Notes under the pieces: model-generated
What the model was told of the DNA's origin: nothing
Databases searched by the model: none
What the model saw: only the letters and a program-made list of their open reading frames with translations
Position numbers and translations under genes: made by a program
In this document: positions 51,792 to 61,921 of the stretch, in pieces
Layout of the letters: each line of letters begins with the position of its first letter
Position numbering within the stretch: the first letter of the stretch is position 1
NCBI GenBank assembly: GCA_965226885.1
Contig: CBDDEL010000017.1
Location: forward strand, 416,001 to 480,000
From: Opitutales bacterium
GTDB taxonomy: Bacteria > Verrucomicrobiota > Verrucomicrobiia > Opitutales > UBA2987
DNA length: 64,000 nucleotides
Direction of reading: 5' to 3'

Positions 51792-52952
51792 ATGATTGGA
51801 ATCATCGCCGACGATTTGAGTGGGGCGGCAGAGATGGCCGGGTTGACATTTCGTTGCGGGCTTGAAGCCGTTGTCTGCTTGCAACCCGAATCAGAAAATT
51901 TGCAAAGCGATGTGCTCATTTTGGATACCGATTCGCGAACTCTTTCAAAATTGGAGGCTGCCGCAAGGTTACGTAAAACTGGCAGAGAACTTCGGAAGAA
52001 AAATCCCGACTGGATTTATAAAAAAGTGGATTCGGTATTTCGCGGAAACATCGCCATCGAGCTGGAAACTTTAAGCGATGTGTGGAAATTTAAGAGCACT
52101 CTTTTAATTCCAGCCAATCCTTCGCTGGGCCGAACCATCCGCGACGGCCGCTATTATATTCATGAACGGCTCCTGGAAGAAACCGATTTTGCGGCTGAAC
52201 CTGAACTTAAAAAAGTTACATCGGATGTTGTCAAACTATTGAATCCTGCCATTGCCGATAAAGCTGTTTCGGCAAAATCGGGAGATTCCGTGTCGGATGG
52301 GAAAATCGTAATTGGAGACGCGCACTCGGCTGATGATCTGATTGGCTGGGCGGAGAAACTGGAGGACGATATCCTGGCGGCCGGCGGATCCGATTTCCTG
52401 GCCGCAATCCTGGAAAAGAGAGGTTTTCAGCTGACTACCCGAACATTATCAAATCAATTTAAATGGCCCCGGCAAACTTTGCTGGTTTCAGGCACGGCGT
52501 CTTCGGCCGGACGGGAAAGGATCAATCAAGCGGAAAGAGAAGGTATTCCCGTTTGCCGTATGCCGGAAGAGCTGATGGAGCCAAAAAGCAACAGCGATGA
52601 ATTTTTGGAAGGATGGCAAAGGCAAATTTCGGCCTGTCTTCGAAAAAGAAAGCTTGTCATTGCAGCCATTGGGCTTCCACGGTCGAATGATCCACTAGCC
52701 CCGTCGAGAATTATTGACCATTTATTGGAACTGACAAAAAAACTGCTCCATGAACAAAAAATCGAACACCTGTGGATTGAAGGAGGAGCTACCGCCTCCA
52801 GTATCATACGCGGGCACAACTGGAATTTTCTAAAAACGTTGCATGAATGGGAGAGAGGCGTTGTGTCATTAACAACGGGAAATAAAGACGAACCGATCCT
52901 GACGATCAAACCGGGCAGTTACCCTTGGCCAAAGGATGTATGGAAAGGATAG
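51792..52952 (+). CDS. Four-carbon acid-sugar kinase family (DUF1537)
   Basis: IADDLSGA, DTDSR, YKKVDSVFRGN, GGATA, KPGS. Confidence 0.9.
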   Translation: MIGIIADDLSGAAEMAGLTFRCGLEAVVCLQPESENLQSDVLILDTDSRTLSKLEAAARLRKTGRELRKKNPDWIYKKVDSVFRGNIAIELETLSDVWKFKSTLLIPANPSLGRTIRDGRYYIHERLLEETDFAAEPELKKVTSDVVKLLNPAIADKAVSAKSGDSVSDGKIVIGDAHSADDLIGWAEKLEDDILAAGGSDFLAAILEKRGFQLTTRTLSNQFKWPRQTLLVSGTASSAGRERINQAEREGIPVCRMPEELMEPKSNSDEFLEGWQRQISACLRKRKLVIAAIGLPRSNDPLAPSRIIDHLLELTKKLLHEQKIEHLWIEGGATASSIIRGHNWNFLKTLHEWERGVVSLTTGNKDEPILTIKPGSYPWPKDVWKG

Positions 52953-52965
52953 TGTTTTTTAAATC

Positions 52966-53979
52966 GTGAATATATCAAATAATTATAGACCTTTAATTGC
53001 CATTACCATGGGTGACGCGAGCGGAACCGGGCCGGAATTGATCACGATGGCCCTGGCAAAACCCGAAGTCATCGCCTTGTGCCGCCCGGTCGTTATCGGG
53101 GAAGCTAAAACAATGGAAGAGGCATTCAGGATTACCGGAAAGCCGGGAGTGATGAGAAAAATTCATAATTTGGAGGAGGCTCAATTTGAGGAAAATTTTG
53201 TCAATGTACTGGATATGGAAAATATCGACACGGATAAACTCAAACGCGGTGAAATTAATCTTATGGCAGCCACAGCCGCGTTTGCATTTATAAAGTTTGC
53301 GACCGAGCTTGCCCTGGAAGGAAAAGTCGCCGGTATCGTTACTTCGGCAATTAACAAAGAGGCATTAAACAAAGCCGGGTTTCACTATGACGGCCATACC
53401 GGTTTGCTGGCGGAGTTGTGCGGCAACCCTCCGGTGACTATGATGCTGGCGGCGGGTAATTTGCGCGTCAGCCATGTCAGCACTCATGTATCGTTGAGCG
53501 AGGCCATTGGCCGGGTACGGCCGGATCGAATTTTACAGGTGATCGAGCTGATGAATAAGGGCATCGGCGATCTGGGCATTGCAAATCCGAGAATTGCCGT
53601 GGCCGGGCTCAATCCCCATGCCGGTGAAGGCGGACTTTTCGGGAATGAGGAAAGCGAATATATTGCTCCGGCAATCGAGGAAGCCTGCCGAAAGGGTATC
53701 AACGCCTCCGGTCCTCACCCGGGTGACACGGTATTTTTTCAAACAATGGAGGGGGAGTTTGACGGAGCCGTGGCAATGTATCACGATCAGGGCCATGTGG
53801 CCGCCAAAATGCTGGGGATTTGGAAAGGCGTGAATATAACTCTCGGCCTACCGATTATACGCACTTCAGTGGAGCATGGCACCGATTTTCAAAATGCAGG
53901 GAAAGCTAAGGCTGATCCGAGAAGTCTTGTTCAGGCTATAAAACTGGCCACTATAATGGCAAAAAATCGCCGCCTGTGA
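52966..53979 (+). CDS. pdxA: PdxA-family dehydrogenase (PdxA2, threonate/erythronate-4-phosphate type)
   Basis: ITMGD..G.GPE, GHT, GLNPHAGE, MYHDQG, IRTSVEHGT; adjacent to DUF1537 kinase. Confidence 0.88.
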   Translation: MNISNNYRPLIAITMGDASGTGPELITMALAKPEVIALCRPVVIGEAKTMEEAFRITGKPGVMRKIHNLEEAQFEENFVNVLDMENIDTDKLKRGEINLMAATAAFAFIKFATELALEGKVAGIVTSAINKEALNKAGFHYDGHTGLLAELCGNPPVTMMLAAGNLRVSHVSTHVSLSEAIGRVRPDRILQVIELMNKGIGDLGIANPRIAVAGLNPHAGEGGLFGNEESEYIAPAIEEACRKGINASGPHPGDTVFFQTMEGEFDGAVAMYHDQGHVAAKMLGIWKGVNITLGLPIIRTSVEHGTDFQNAGKAKADPRSLVQAIKLATIMAKNRRL

Positions 53980-53995
53980 AGTCCTCCTAAGAATA

Positions 53996-54763
53996 TCACG
54001 TCATGGCAAGGCTGCCCACTTCCCCTTCCCGGCTGCGCAGTGGACGTTCAGTACCGTGTTTTGAATTTTCCGGTTTCGGCTCGGAGTCATAATCAATAAT
54101 GCAGCAGAGGCGGCCTTTGTCGGAGTGATTGGCTGCTGAGGCGTGCAATGTCAACACGTCGAAAAACAGGACATCGCCAGGTTTCATAACGGCGTAAATA
54201 ATTTGACCTGAATCGATCCCATCTTCTTCGATCATAAAATCCTCACCGTGATGGTGCTTGATCAAACCATTTTTATGGGAACCGGGAATGACCTCAATGC
54301 ACCCGTTTTCCCTGGTTGCTTCATCAATGGCCATCCAAACGGTGACCTGGCGCTGGTTCATGTTATCCCAATAGGCCCAATCCTGGTGCCAGGGTTTGCG
54401 CCTGCCGCCGCGAGCCGCCTTGAAAAACAATTTGCTGGAATGATAATAAATTTCAGAACCAATCAGTTTCTCCACAATATCGAGGATTTTGTCGCTTCCG
54501 GTAACATTGCGGAACGCCTCTTCATTCCACCACGGGTCCTTCACCGCACGCAAAGTGGAGCGCGCGGGCATTCCATCGGTTTCAATTCTTTCAATCTCAT
54601 AACGAGTTTTTCCTTTGATAAAATTTTGAAATCCACCATCTTCAGCCTCTGTATCAATCCTTTTACGCAGGTCTTGAATAGACTGAATTTCCTTCATGCT
54701 TAATAGGTTTCTTATGAGAATGAAGCCGTCCTCATTGTATTGCTTTAATATATTATTTTCCAT
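53996..54763 (-). CDS. Phytanoyl-CoA dioxygenase (PhyH) family protein
   Basis: WHQDWAYW, ENGCIEVIPGSH, LHAS. Confidence 0.9.
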   Translation of the reverse strand: MENNILKQYNEDGFILIRNLLSMKEIQSIQDLRKRIDTEAEDGGFQNFIKGKTRYEIERIETDGMPARSTLRAVKDPWWNEEAFRNVTGSDKILDIVEKLIGSEIYYHSSKLFFKAARGGRRKPWHQDWAYWDNMNQRQVTVWMAIDEATRENGCIEVIPGSHKNGLIKHHHGEDFMIEEDGIDSGQIIYAVMKPGDVLFFDVLTLHASAANHSDKGRLCCIIDYDSEPKPENSKHGTERPLRSREGEVGSLAMT

Positions 54764-54947
54764 GGTAAATAGTTTCTGGTAAACCAGAATTTTAACAACC
54801 GATTTTGGTTATTCTAAATTAATGTAATATCACAATCGTTCATAAAGCGTCAATCCAAAGAGTCGGATATATTTATATTACTTTCATCATAAAAAAAATA
54901 TTCTGGACAGCGCCATCAATCGAAGGCAAATTGGAATTACCATTACA

Positions 54948-56357
54948 ATGAGTAAGCAACCTAACCTATTAATCATTTGGACCGATCAACAAAGGGCCGA
55001 TACTTTAGCCTGTTACGGCAATGATTACATAGAAGCGGCCCATATTAACAAACTGGCCGAAACGAGTTTTGTATTTGAAAACGCGTATTGCTGCCAGCCA
55101 GTTTGCACGCCGTCTCGGGCCAGCATCCTGAGCGGGCTTTGGCCTCATACTCACGGGTCGGTAACAAACAATATTCCGCTCGATAGCGAGGTGAAAACTA
55201 TCGCTGAAATGGTGAGTGAAGATTATAATTGCGCCTATTTCGGCAAATGGCACCTGGGCGATGAAGTTGTGGCGCAAAGAAATTGCAAGGAATGGATCAG
55301 CATTGAGGATGGCATATACCGGCCCCATTACTCTAAACCGGAATACCTGGAGCTGCGCAGTTCCTACCATCATTTCCTGGTTAAAAACGGATTTTCTCCA
55401 GACGATAAGGACAACAACGGAGAAGGAATTTTCTCCCGGCACTTTGCCTCCGCCCTGGCCGAGCCGTACACCAAAGCTTCTTTCCTCGGGGATGTGTCGG
55501 CCGATTTTTTGCGCCGGCAGAATGGAGACCAGCCCTTTTTGCTCAATGTGAATTTTCTGGAACCGCATCCGCCGATATTCGGTCCGTTAAATGATCTTTA
55601 TGAGCCGAACGATCTACCGGTGGGAGAGGCCTTTTTAAAGCCGCCCGGCAGGGATGCCTCGGAACGGAACCGGCTGGACTCCGATGAATATGTAAATGGA
55701 GGGTTTAAAAACTACCCATTGAAAACGGAATGGGACTGGCGGCGACTACGGGCCAATTATTGTGGACTGGTCACGCTGGTTGATCGGGCCGTAGGCAAAA
55801 TTATTTCCGCACTCGAAGAATCGGGCCAGATGGAAAATACGATCATTGTTTACACTTCCGATCACGGTGAGATGATGGGAGACCACGCCCAAATGGGAAA
55901 GGGAGTGCTTTATGAAGAGTCGGCCCGGATCCCTTTCTTCATACGGGTGCCGTGGTTATCGGAGAAAGGGGAAATGGTCGAAGGCAGGGTCAGCCAGATA
56001 GACCTGGTACCGACGCTCCTGGATTTGATGAGGCAGCCGGTCGGTGACCATTTGCAAGGTCGCAGCCTACAGCCAGTGCTCAAAGGGGAAGAAAATTTGA
56101 AAGACAACGATGTCATTATCGAATGGAACCAACCAGACAATGCAAAGCAGCAATGGCGCACAATTGTCAGCGCCGATGGCTGGAAATTAAACCTCTGCGC
56201 CCATGACCAATGCGAGCTTTACGACCTCAATTCCGATCCCTGCGAGTTGACTAACCGGTTCGATGACGTTTCCCAACGCAACCGCATCAATGACCTAACC
56301 GAGCGAATCCGGTCCTGGCAGTCAAGCACGGGAGACACCGTTACCCTGCCATCTTGA
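54948..56357 (+). CDS. Cys-type sulfatase
   Basis: WTDQQR, CTPSR, GKWHLG, SDHG. Confidence 0.92.
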   Translation: MSKQPNLLIIWTDQQRADTLACYGNDYIEAAHINKLAETSFVFENAYCCQPVCTPSRASILSGLWPHTHGSVTNNIPLDSEVKTIAEMVSEDYNCAYFGKWHLGDEVVAQRNCKEWISIEDGIYRPHYSKPEYLELRSSYHHFLVKNGFSPDDKDNNGEGIFSRHFASALAEPYTKASFLGDVSADFLRRQNGDQPFLLNVNFLEPHPPIFGPLNDLYEPNDLPVGEAFLKPPGRDASERNRLDSDEYVNGGFKNYPLKTEWDWRRLRANYCGLVTLVDRAVGKIISALEESGQMENTIIVYTSDHGEMMGDHAQMGKGVLYEESARIPFFIRVPWLSEKGEMVEGRVSQIDLVPTLLDLMRQPVGDHLQGRSLQPVLKGEENLKDNDVIIEWNQPDNAKQQWRTIVSADGWKLNLCAHDQCELYDLNSDPCELTNRFDDVSQRNRINDLTERIRSWQSSTGDTVTLPS

Positions 56358-56377
56358 AGCAAATAGGGAAGGTCATA

Positions 56378-58306
56378 TCAGCGGCCCGATTTTATAAATA
56401 ACTGTTCGTGAAAGATCGGCCGGGACCAGCCGCGGAAGTTATTCTCTAAACTGCAATCCACGGGAATATTGCCCAGACGCGTACTGGCGCCCCAGCTTCT
56501 ATACATCGACCCGATGCAGATATGAGGAACTTCTTCGGAGTGCAAATCTCTGACTTTTACCATTGCCTCGCGCCGCACTTCGGGATCAACGGTATAGAGG
56601 GCGCGCTTAATAAGTTCCGTTGATTCCCAAAGCCAAGGAGGAGCTTCAACCGAAGCAGTGCGGTGCCAAATAGGTGTCGTGGATGACCAAATAGCCCATA
56701 AATGCGGCGTGTCCAAAGGATCGGAACCTTTTTGATACCAGATATAAATATCATGCTCCCCGTTCATGCGACGTGGAAAAATGATCTCTTCCTTAGCCGG
56801 ATTCAAATGCACTCTAACGCCTATCTGTTTCCAATGCTCGGCGACCAATTCGGCCACATCCAAAAAACCGGAGGTATTGATAACGTCGATAATTAACTCG
56901 AAGGGAGTTCCGTCTTTGAACTCCCGGATGCCATTGCCATCGGAATCCTTGAATCCGGCTTCATCCAGCAGGGAGCGCGATAATTCGGGGTCGTAACTGG
57001 CATAAGATTTAGCTGCTTCAGGAGAATAATAGGGATTGGCCGGTAAAAAACTGTATCCGCTGGGAACCAAAAGGTCCGAATAGGATATACGGTTAATTTC
57101 ATCCCGGTTGATGCCGTGCGAAAGCGCTATCCTGACTTTTTTCTCGCGAAAAGCTGCCCTCAAAGCCGGATTGGGAGCATCCCAGTTTAAATAAAGAGTC
57201 GGTCCCTGTGTGGGACCCGCTTTCATCAGGCGAATGCGTCCCAATTTTTCTGCCGCTCTGACTGCCGACACCATATCGATGGTGAAATTTCTACCCACCA
57301 AGTCTAATTCTCCATTTAAAAATTTGAGCAGTATCATCTGGCGTTCGGGGATTACGTTGAACTCTAGACGATCGGCATAGGGCAATTGATTTCCGGCGCT
57401 ATCCACTTTCCAGTAATAGGGATTGCGTTGGTAAACAATTTTCTGCCCGCGAACCCACTCGACAGGCACCCAGGCGGACAACCTCGGAATACCCGGCTGC
57501 ATAACTAGCTTGCCGACGGTTGTCCGATTTTTAAAATCCACATAAGTTGCCTCCGGGTTGTATCGGGGATGGTATTGAGCCCAAATGTGCCTGGGCTGGA
57601 ATAAATCGTCATGACTCAGATTATTGAGAATTCTCCCCAAAGGTTTGGGAGATGAAATTTTCAGGGTCAAATCGTCAATTTTCTCCAATTTTATCAATTC
57701 GCCATCGACGATCCACTCGTTAGGGGGTAGCGGTTCAGTGTTGGCGTTTTCATCGAATACCATATCGTAATACCAGAACAGGATGTCATCGACCGACACG
57801 GGAACGCCATCGGACCAACGGATTCCTTTTCTCATTTTAAAAATGGCCGTTTTCCCTTCATCTAGGAACCGATAGCTTTCTGCCATGTTGAGCTGAATGC
57901 TTCTGGCTACGGGCCGCTCGTATCCCATCAGGTTTTCATTCAGGGTTTTGGTAATGGCGGTTTCCTGCACAGTATCGTCGATCAGAGCCCGTCGCAAGGT
58001 TCCGCCGTAAACTCCGATTTCTTCGATAGGAACCACCACGAGCGGTTTTTCAGGCAACCTTTCCGAGACCGAGGGCAATTCGCCCCTGGCAACTTGTTCA
58101 GCAAGTAAAGGCGCTTCTTGAAAAGAGCGGTTGGCTAAAATAGAGGGATCGATTTCCAGCGGAGCCCGTGTTTTTTGCTTTAACTCAACGGCTTCAGGTG
58201 CAGCATTTTCCGGCTTTGCAGCATCTTCGACCGAACCGGGTTTTAAACAACCGCCGAGAAAGAGGCTGCAAAGGATAATATATATTCGCATAACCAATTG
58301 AAACAT
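56378..58306 (-). CDS. ABC transporter substrate-binding protein, family 5 (lipoprotein)
   Basis: Lipobox LFLGGC; GELPSVSERLPEKP, RWSDG.P, RNPYYWKVD..GNQLPY. Confidence 0.9.
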   Translation of the reverse strand: MFQLVMRIYIILCSLFLGGCLKPGSVEDAAKPENAAPEAVELKQKTRAPLEIDPSILANRSFQEAPLLAEQVARGELPSVSERLPEKPLVVVPIEEIGVYGGTLRRALIDDTVQETAITKTLNENLMGYERPVARSIQLNMAESYRFLDEGKTAIFKMRKGIRWSDGVPVSVDDILFWYYDMVFDENANTEPLPPNEWIVDGELIKLEKIDDLTLKISSPKPLGRILNNLSHDDLFQPRHIWAQYHPRYNPEATYVDFKNRTTVGKLVMQPGIPRLSAWVPVEWVRGQKIVYQRNPYYWKVDSAGNQLPYADRLEFNVIPERQMILLKFLNGELDLVGRNFTIDMVSAVRAAEKLGRIRLMKAGPTQGPTLYLNWDAPNPALRAAFREKKVRIALSHGINRDEINRISYSDLLVPSGYSFLPANPYYSPEAAKSYASYDPELSRSLLDEAGFKDSDGNGIREFKDGTPFELIIDVINTSGFLDVAELVAEHWKQIGVRVHLNPAKEEIIFPRRMNGEHDIYIWYQKGSDPLDTPHLWAIWSSTTPIWHRTASVEAPPWLWESTELIKRALYTVDPEVRREAMVKVRDLHSEEVPHICIGSMYRSWGASTRLGNIPVDCSLENNFRGWSRPIFHEQLFIKSGR

Positions 58307-58360
58307 GAATCATCGAATGGATAATATTAGAACTTTGGCTAAAAAAATTTTAAATACTAT

Positions 58361-59974
58361 ATGAGCCGACCGAATATCCTCATCATTCTGTCAGATCAGC
58401 ACAACGCTAAAGTGCTTGGGCATAAAAACCACCCGGACGTGAAGACTCCCCATCTGGACAGGATGGCGGCGGAAGGTGTGCGCTTCGATAACGCCATTGC
58501 CCAGAATCCTATCTGCACACCCAGCCGCCTCTCATTTCTATCCGGCCAATACTGTCACAACCACGGCTATTATGGATTATCGGGACCGAAACCGCATGGT
58601 CTGCCCAGTATTTTCAGTCATTTTAAAAAAGGCGGGTATAGAACCGGGTATTTTGGAAAATCTCATCTTCCGGCTGGCTGGATTGAAGAATTTTGCGACC
58701 GATTCCAGGACCCGACCGGCGGCAGTGTGCGGGGTGTCGATCCAGAATATATGGAAATGCTGAAAGAACGAGGAATGGAGCAATTGGCCAAAAAAAAGGG
58801 ATTGCCGCAGTTTCAGCATCTCAATGCTTCCACCATGGAGGGCTGTCCCTCACCCCTACCCTTCGATTATTCCGAGGAGGGATTTTCAACGAATCGAGCC
58901 ATTGATTTCATGGGGAAAATGTGTAAAGAAATTGAGCCGTTTCTAACCATCGTCAGTTTTCCCCGGCCCCACCAAATTACTTATCCCAGCGAGCCCTTCT
59001 GGTCCATGTACGATGAATCCAGTTTGACTTTGCCCCCAAATGCCGACTCCGACCTCACGGGCAAAGCGCCGCACTTGATTGCCCAGGCGGAAAAATGGCG
59101 CTCTGGGGACTGGACCCTGTTTGAACCGAAGACTTACCAAGCCGGGCGTTTGCGAAAACTGCATGGTTATCTGGGCGCCGTTAGCCAAATGGATCACGGG
59201 GTCGGCCTTTTGATGGATTTTCTGGGGGAAAATGGATTGGGAGAAAACACCATCGTCGTTTACAGTTCGGATCATGGCGAATACAATTGCGAGCACGGCC
59301 TGATGGAAAAAAAACCCGGTAATTGTTCCGATGCGGTAACTCGGATTCCCTTTATCTGGTGGGCTCCGGGTCGTTTTAGAAAAGGCCATTTGGCAAAGGA
59401 AATTGTGGAATCGGTCGATCTCTCCAACACCTTGTGCTCTTTGGCCGGTCTCGATCTTATGGAAACGAGCGACGGCAAGGATTTGTCTGCCCTGTTGCAA
59501 GGGAAACAGAAGGAAGTTCACACCCTCGGGGTCACCGAAATGGCCTGGAGCAAAAGCATACGTAAAGGGAACTACCGGTTTGTTTATTACCCGAAGGAGA
59601 TGTTTGTGGAGACTTATCCAGATGGATTTGGGGAATTGTATGACTTGGAGAATGATCCGTGGGAAATGAACAACCTTTTTTTCGAACCGAAATACAAAGA
59701 GTTGATTCAAAGTATGCTGAAGGAATTTCTGGATTGGCTGGTCACAACCACACGCCCGGCCACGGTCAGAAGCGTCAATTCCGTAATCGGCATGGAGGTG
59801 AATGAGCAAAGAATTTTCAACCATCGCTGCATCACCAATGAGGACCTGAAAATTCACCCCGACGAGATCAGGAAATTAAAAGACAATGTTTACAATTTTG
59901 ATGTGCACTGGAAAAAGTGGACACGAGATTCTCCTAAATGGAGAATCGAAGCATGGGAAGAAGACGCAGTATAG
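58361..59974 (+). CDS. Cys-type sulfatase; C-terminus extended by IS3 sequence
   Basis: SDQH, CTPSR, SDHG; native end YNFL* recovered at 61228-61234. Confidence 0.9.
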   Translation: MSRPNILIILSDQHNAKVLGHKNHPDVKTPHLDRMAAEGVRFDNAIAQNPICTPSRLSFLSGQYCHNHGYYGLSGPKPHGLPSIFSHFKKGGYRTGYFGKSHLPAGWIEEFCDRFQDPTGGSVRGVDPEYMEMLKERGMEQLAKKKGLPQFQHLNASTMEGCPSPLPFDYSEEGFSTNRAIDFMGKMCKEIEPFLTIVSFPRPHQITYPSEPFWSMYDESSLTLPPNADSDLTGKAPHLIAQAEKWRSGDWTLFEPKTYQAGRLRKLHGYLGAVSQMDHGVGLLMDFLGENGLGENTIVVYSSDHGEYNCEHGLMEKKPGNCSDAVTRIPFIWWAPGRFRKGHLAKEIVESVDLSNTLCSLAGLDLMETSDGKDLSALLQGKQKEVHTLGVTEMAWSKSIRKGNYRFVYYPKEMFVETYPDGFGELYDLENDPWEMNNLFFEPKYKELIQSMLKEFLDWLVTTTRPATVRSVNSVIGMEVNEQRIFNHRCITNEDLKIHPDEIRKLKDNVYNFDVHWKKWTRDSPKWRIEAWEEDAV

Positions 59975-61223
59975 AGTTCAAAAATGAGGCAGTTCAACTG
60001 ATGATACTCGATGGTCTGAGCGCCACCGAGGTATCGACCAAACTTGGGGTCAACACCAACCAATTGTATAGGTGGAAGAGGCTCTATCTGGACGATCAGC
60101 AGGGCGAAGCCACCTCAAAGCGACAGAGCAGTCCGAAGGAGATGGCGGCCGAGATAGATCGTCTTCGCAAAGAGCTGCGCCGCTCGGAGCGGATCAACCA
60201 GATACTAAAAAAAACGGTGGGCTACTTTGCCAAGGACGAACAATGAAGTACCAGTTTGTCAAAGACAACGAGGGGCGCTTCAAGATCGAGGAAATATGCT
60301 CGGCGATGGGGATTTGTCGCAGTGGCTATTACTGCTGGAGGCACCGAGCGCCCTCGGCCCGGCGGATCGAGGACGAGGGAATCAAGGGGGCGATCCTGAA
60401 GGTACACAAAGAGGCCAAGGGCCGCTATGGGCATCGGCCAATGCACCGCCATCTGAAGGATGATGAGGGCATCGATTGCGGCCGTGACCGGGCTCTGCGT
60501 CTGATGCGTGAAATGGGAATCAAAAGCACCCAGAGTAAACGCTTTAAGCCATTAAAAACCAACAGTAACCATCCCTATGGTTACAGCCCCAATGTGCTTA
60601 AAAAGCATGGCCAGCCGACCCATATCGACGAGGTCTGGGTGGCGGACACGACCTACCTACGGACCCTGGCCGGTTGGATGTACTTGGCCACGGTGATGGA
60701 CCTGTTCAGCCGACGCCTGCTAGGCTGGAGCGTTTCCAACCACAACGACGCGAAGCTGGTTGGCAAGGCCCTCAAAGCCGCGGCCATGACCCGCGGCACA
60801 CTGCGCACCGGGATTATTCATCACAGCGATCGGGGCAGCCCCTACGCCAGCGACGACTATCAGAGGCTGGTCTCTGAACTAGGCATGAAGCCGAGCATGA
60901 GCGCCCAAGGCAACTGCTACGACAACGCGGCCATGGAATCGTTCTACGGCCGCTTCAAGACCAGCACGATTCGAGGCCGCCACTTTGCCGACGAGCGCGA
61001 ACTGCGATCAACTGTCTTCGAATACGTGGAAATCTTCTACAACCGATATCGCAAACATTCCTCTCTGAGTTACCAAAGCCCAGTCCAATTCGAGGAAAAT
61101 ATTTGCCCCCCATGGGGGGCAACGAGAAAACAAAACCCTTTACCAAAACAAGCCGCCTGACACACTAATCAATAAACAATGAATATAAGAGAATCCCGTG
61201 TCCAACAAATCCAGTACACGTCA
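59899..61223 (+). mobile_element. IS3 family element, copy 2 (1325 bp)
   Basis: Near-identical to copy 1 (3-bp deletion in orfA, two substitutions seen); 4-bp TSD ATTT; orfA 59953-60246, orfB 60243-61160. Confidence 0.95.
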
Positions 61224-61320
61224 ATTTCCTGTAAACTATTTGAAAATGTTTTCATAACTGTTTAACAATTATCCTTGTAATCTGTGGTTCTTTTATTGAA
61301 ACTATGGGGGAAATATATTG

Positions 61321-61890
61321 ATGGATTCGGAGAAAAAAGAAATTCTGGACATTTTCACGCAGACAGGGGCTCTTTTGCGGGGGCATTTTGTTTTGCGTTC
61401 GGGGCTGCACAGCGGTCATTTTTTTCAATGCGCCCGGGTGGGGGAACACCTCGACAAAATAACGCGGCTGGCGGAAATACTTCTGCAGCGTATTGATGTG
61501 GAGGATTTTGAAACTATTCTGGCACCCGCCATGGGCGGTCTGGTTTTCGGGCAGGAAGTGGCCCGGCAGGCAGGAAAACGTTTTATTTTTCCCGAAAAGG
61601 TGGAGGACCGCCTGGTTATGAGGCGCGGTTTTAATATCGCTCGTGGCGAACGGATCCTGGTGGTGGAGGATGTGGTGACTCGCGGGGGAAGGGTTCAAGA
61701 GTCCCTCGAAATCATCCGCAAGGAGGGCGGAGTGGCGACGGGAGTCGCTGCTATGGTAAACAGAAACGAAAGAATATCGCTATTCAATGCGCCCTTCACG
61801 GCTTTGCTGGAATTGAGATTTCCCACTTACCCTGCAAACGATCTACCGGAGGAATTAAGGGCCTTGCCCGCACAAAAACCGGGCAGTTGA
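61321..61890 (+). CDS. pyrE: Orotate phosphoribosyltransferase
   Basis: GHFVLRSGLHS, VVEDVVTRGG PRPP loop, C-terminal KPGS. Confidence 0.92.
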   Translation: MDSEKKEILDIFTQTGALLRGHFVLRSGLHSGHFFQCARVGEHLDKITRLAEILLQRIDVEDFETILAPAMGGLVFGQEVARQAGKRFIFPEKVEDRLVMRRGFNIARGERILVVEDVVTRGGRVQESLEIIRKEGGVATGVAAMVNRNERISLFNAPFTALLELRFPTYPANDLPEELRALPAQKPGS

Positions 61891-61921
61891 AGCAATTACG
61901 ACCTTAAAAGGGTAATAATTA

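Noticed and set aside
45335..61223. Composite transposon bounded by the two IS3 copies
   Set aside because: Outer flanks share no duplication and copy 2 has its own ATTT TSD, so the insertions are independent
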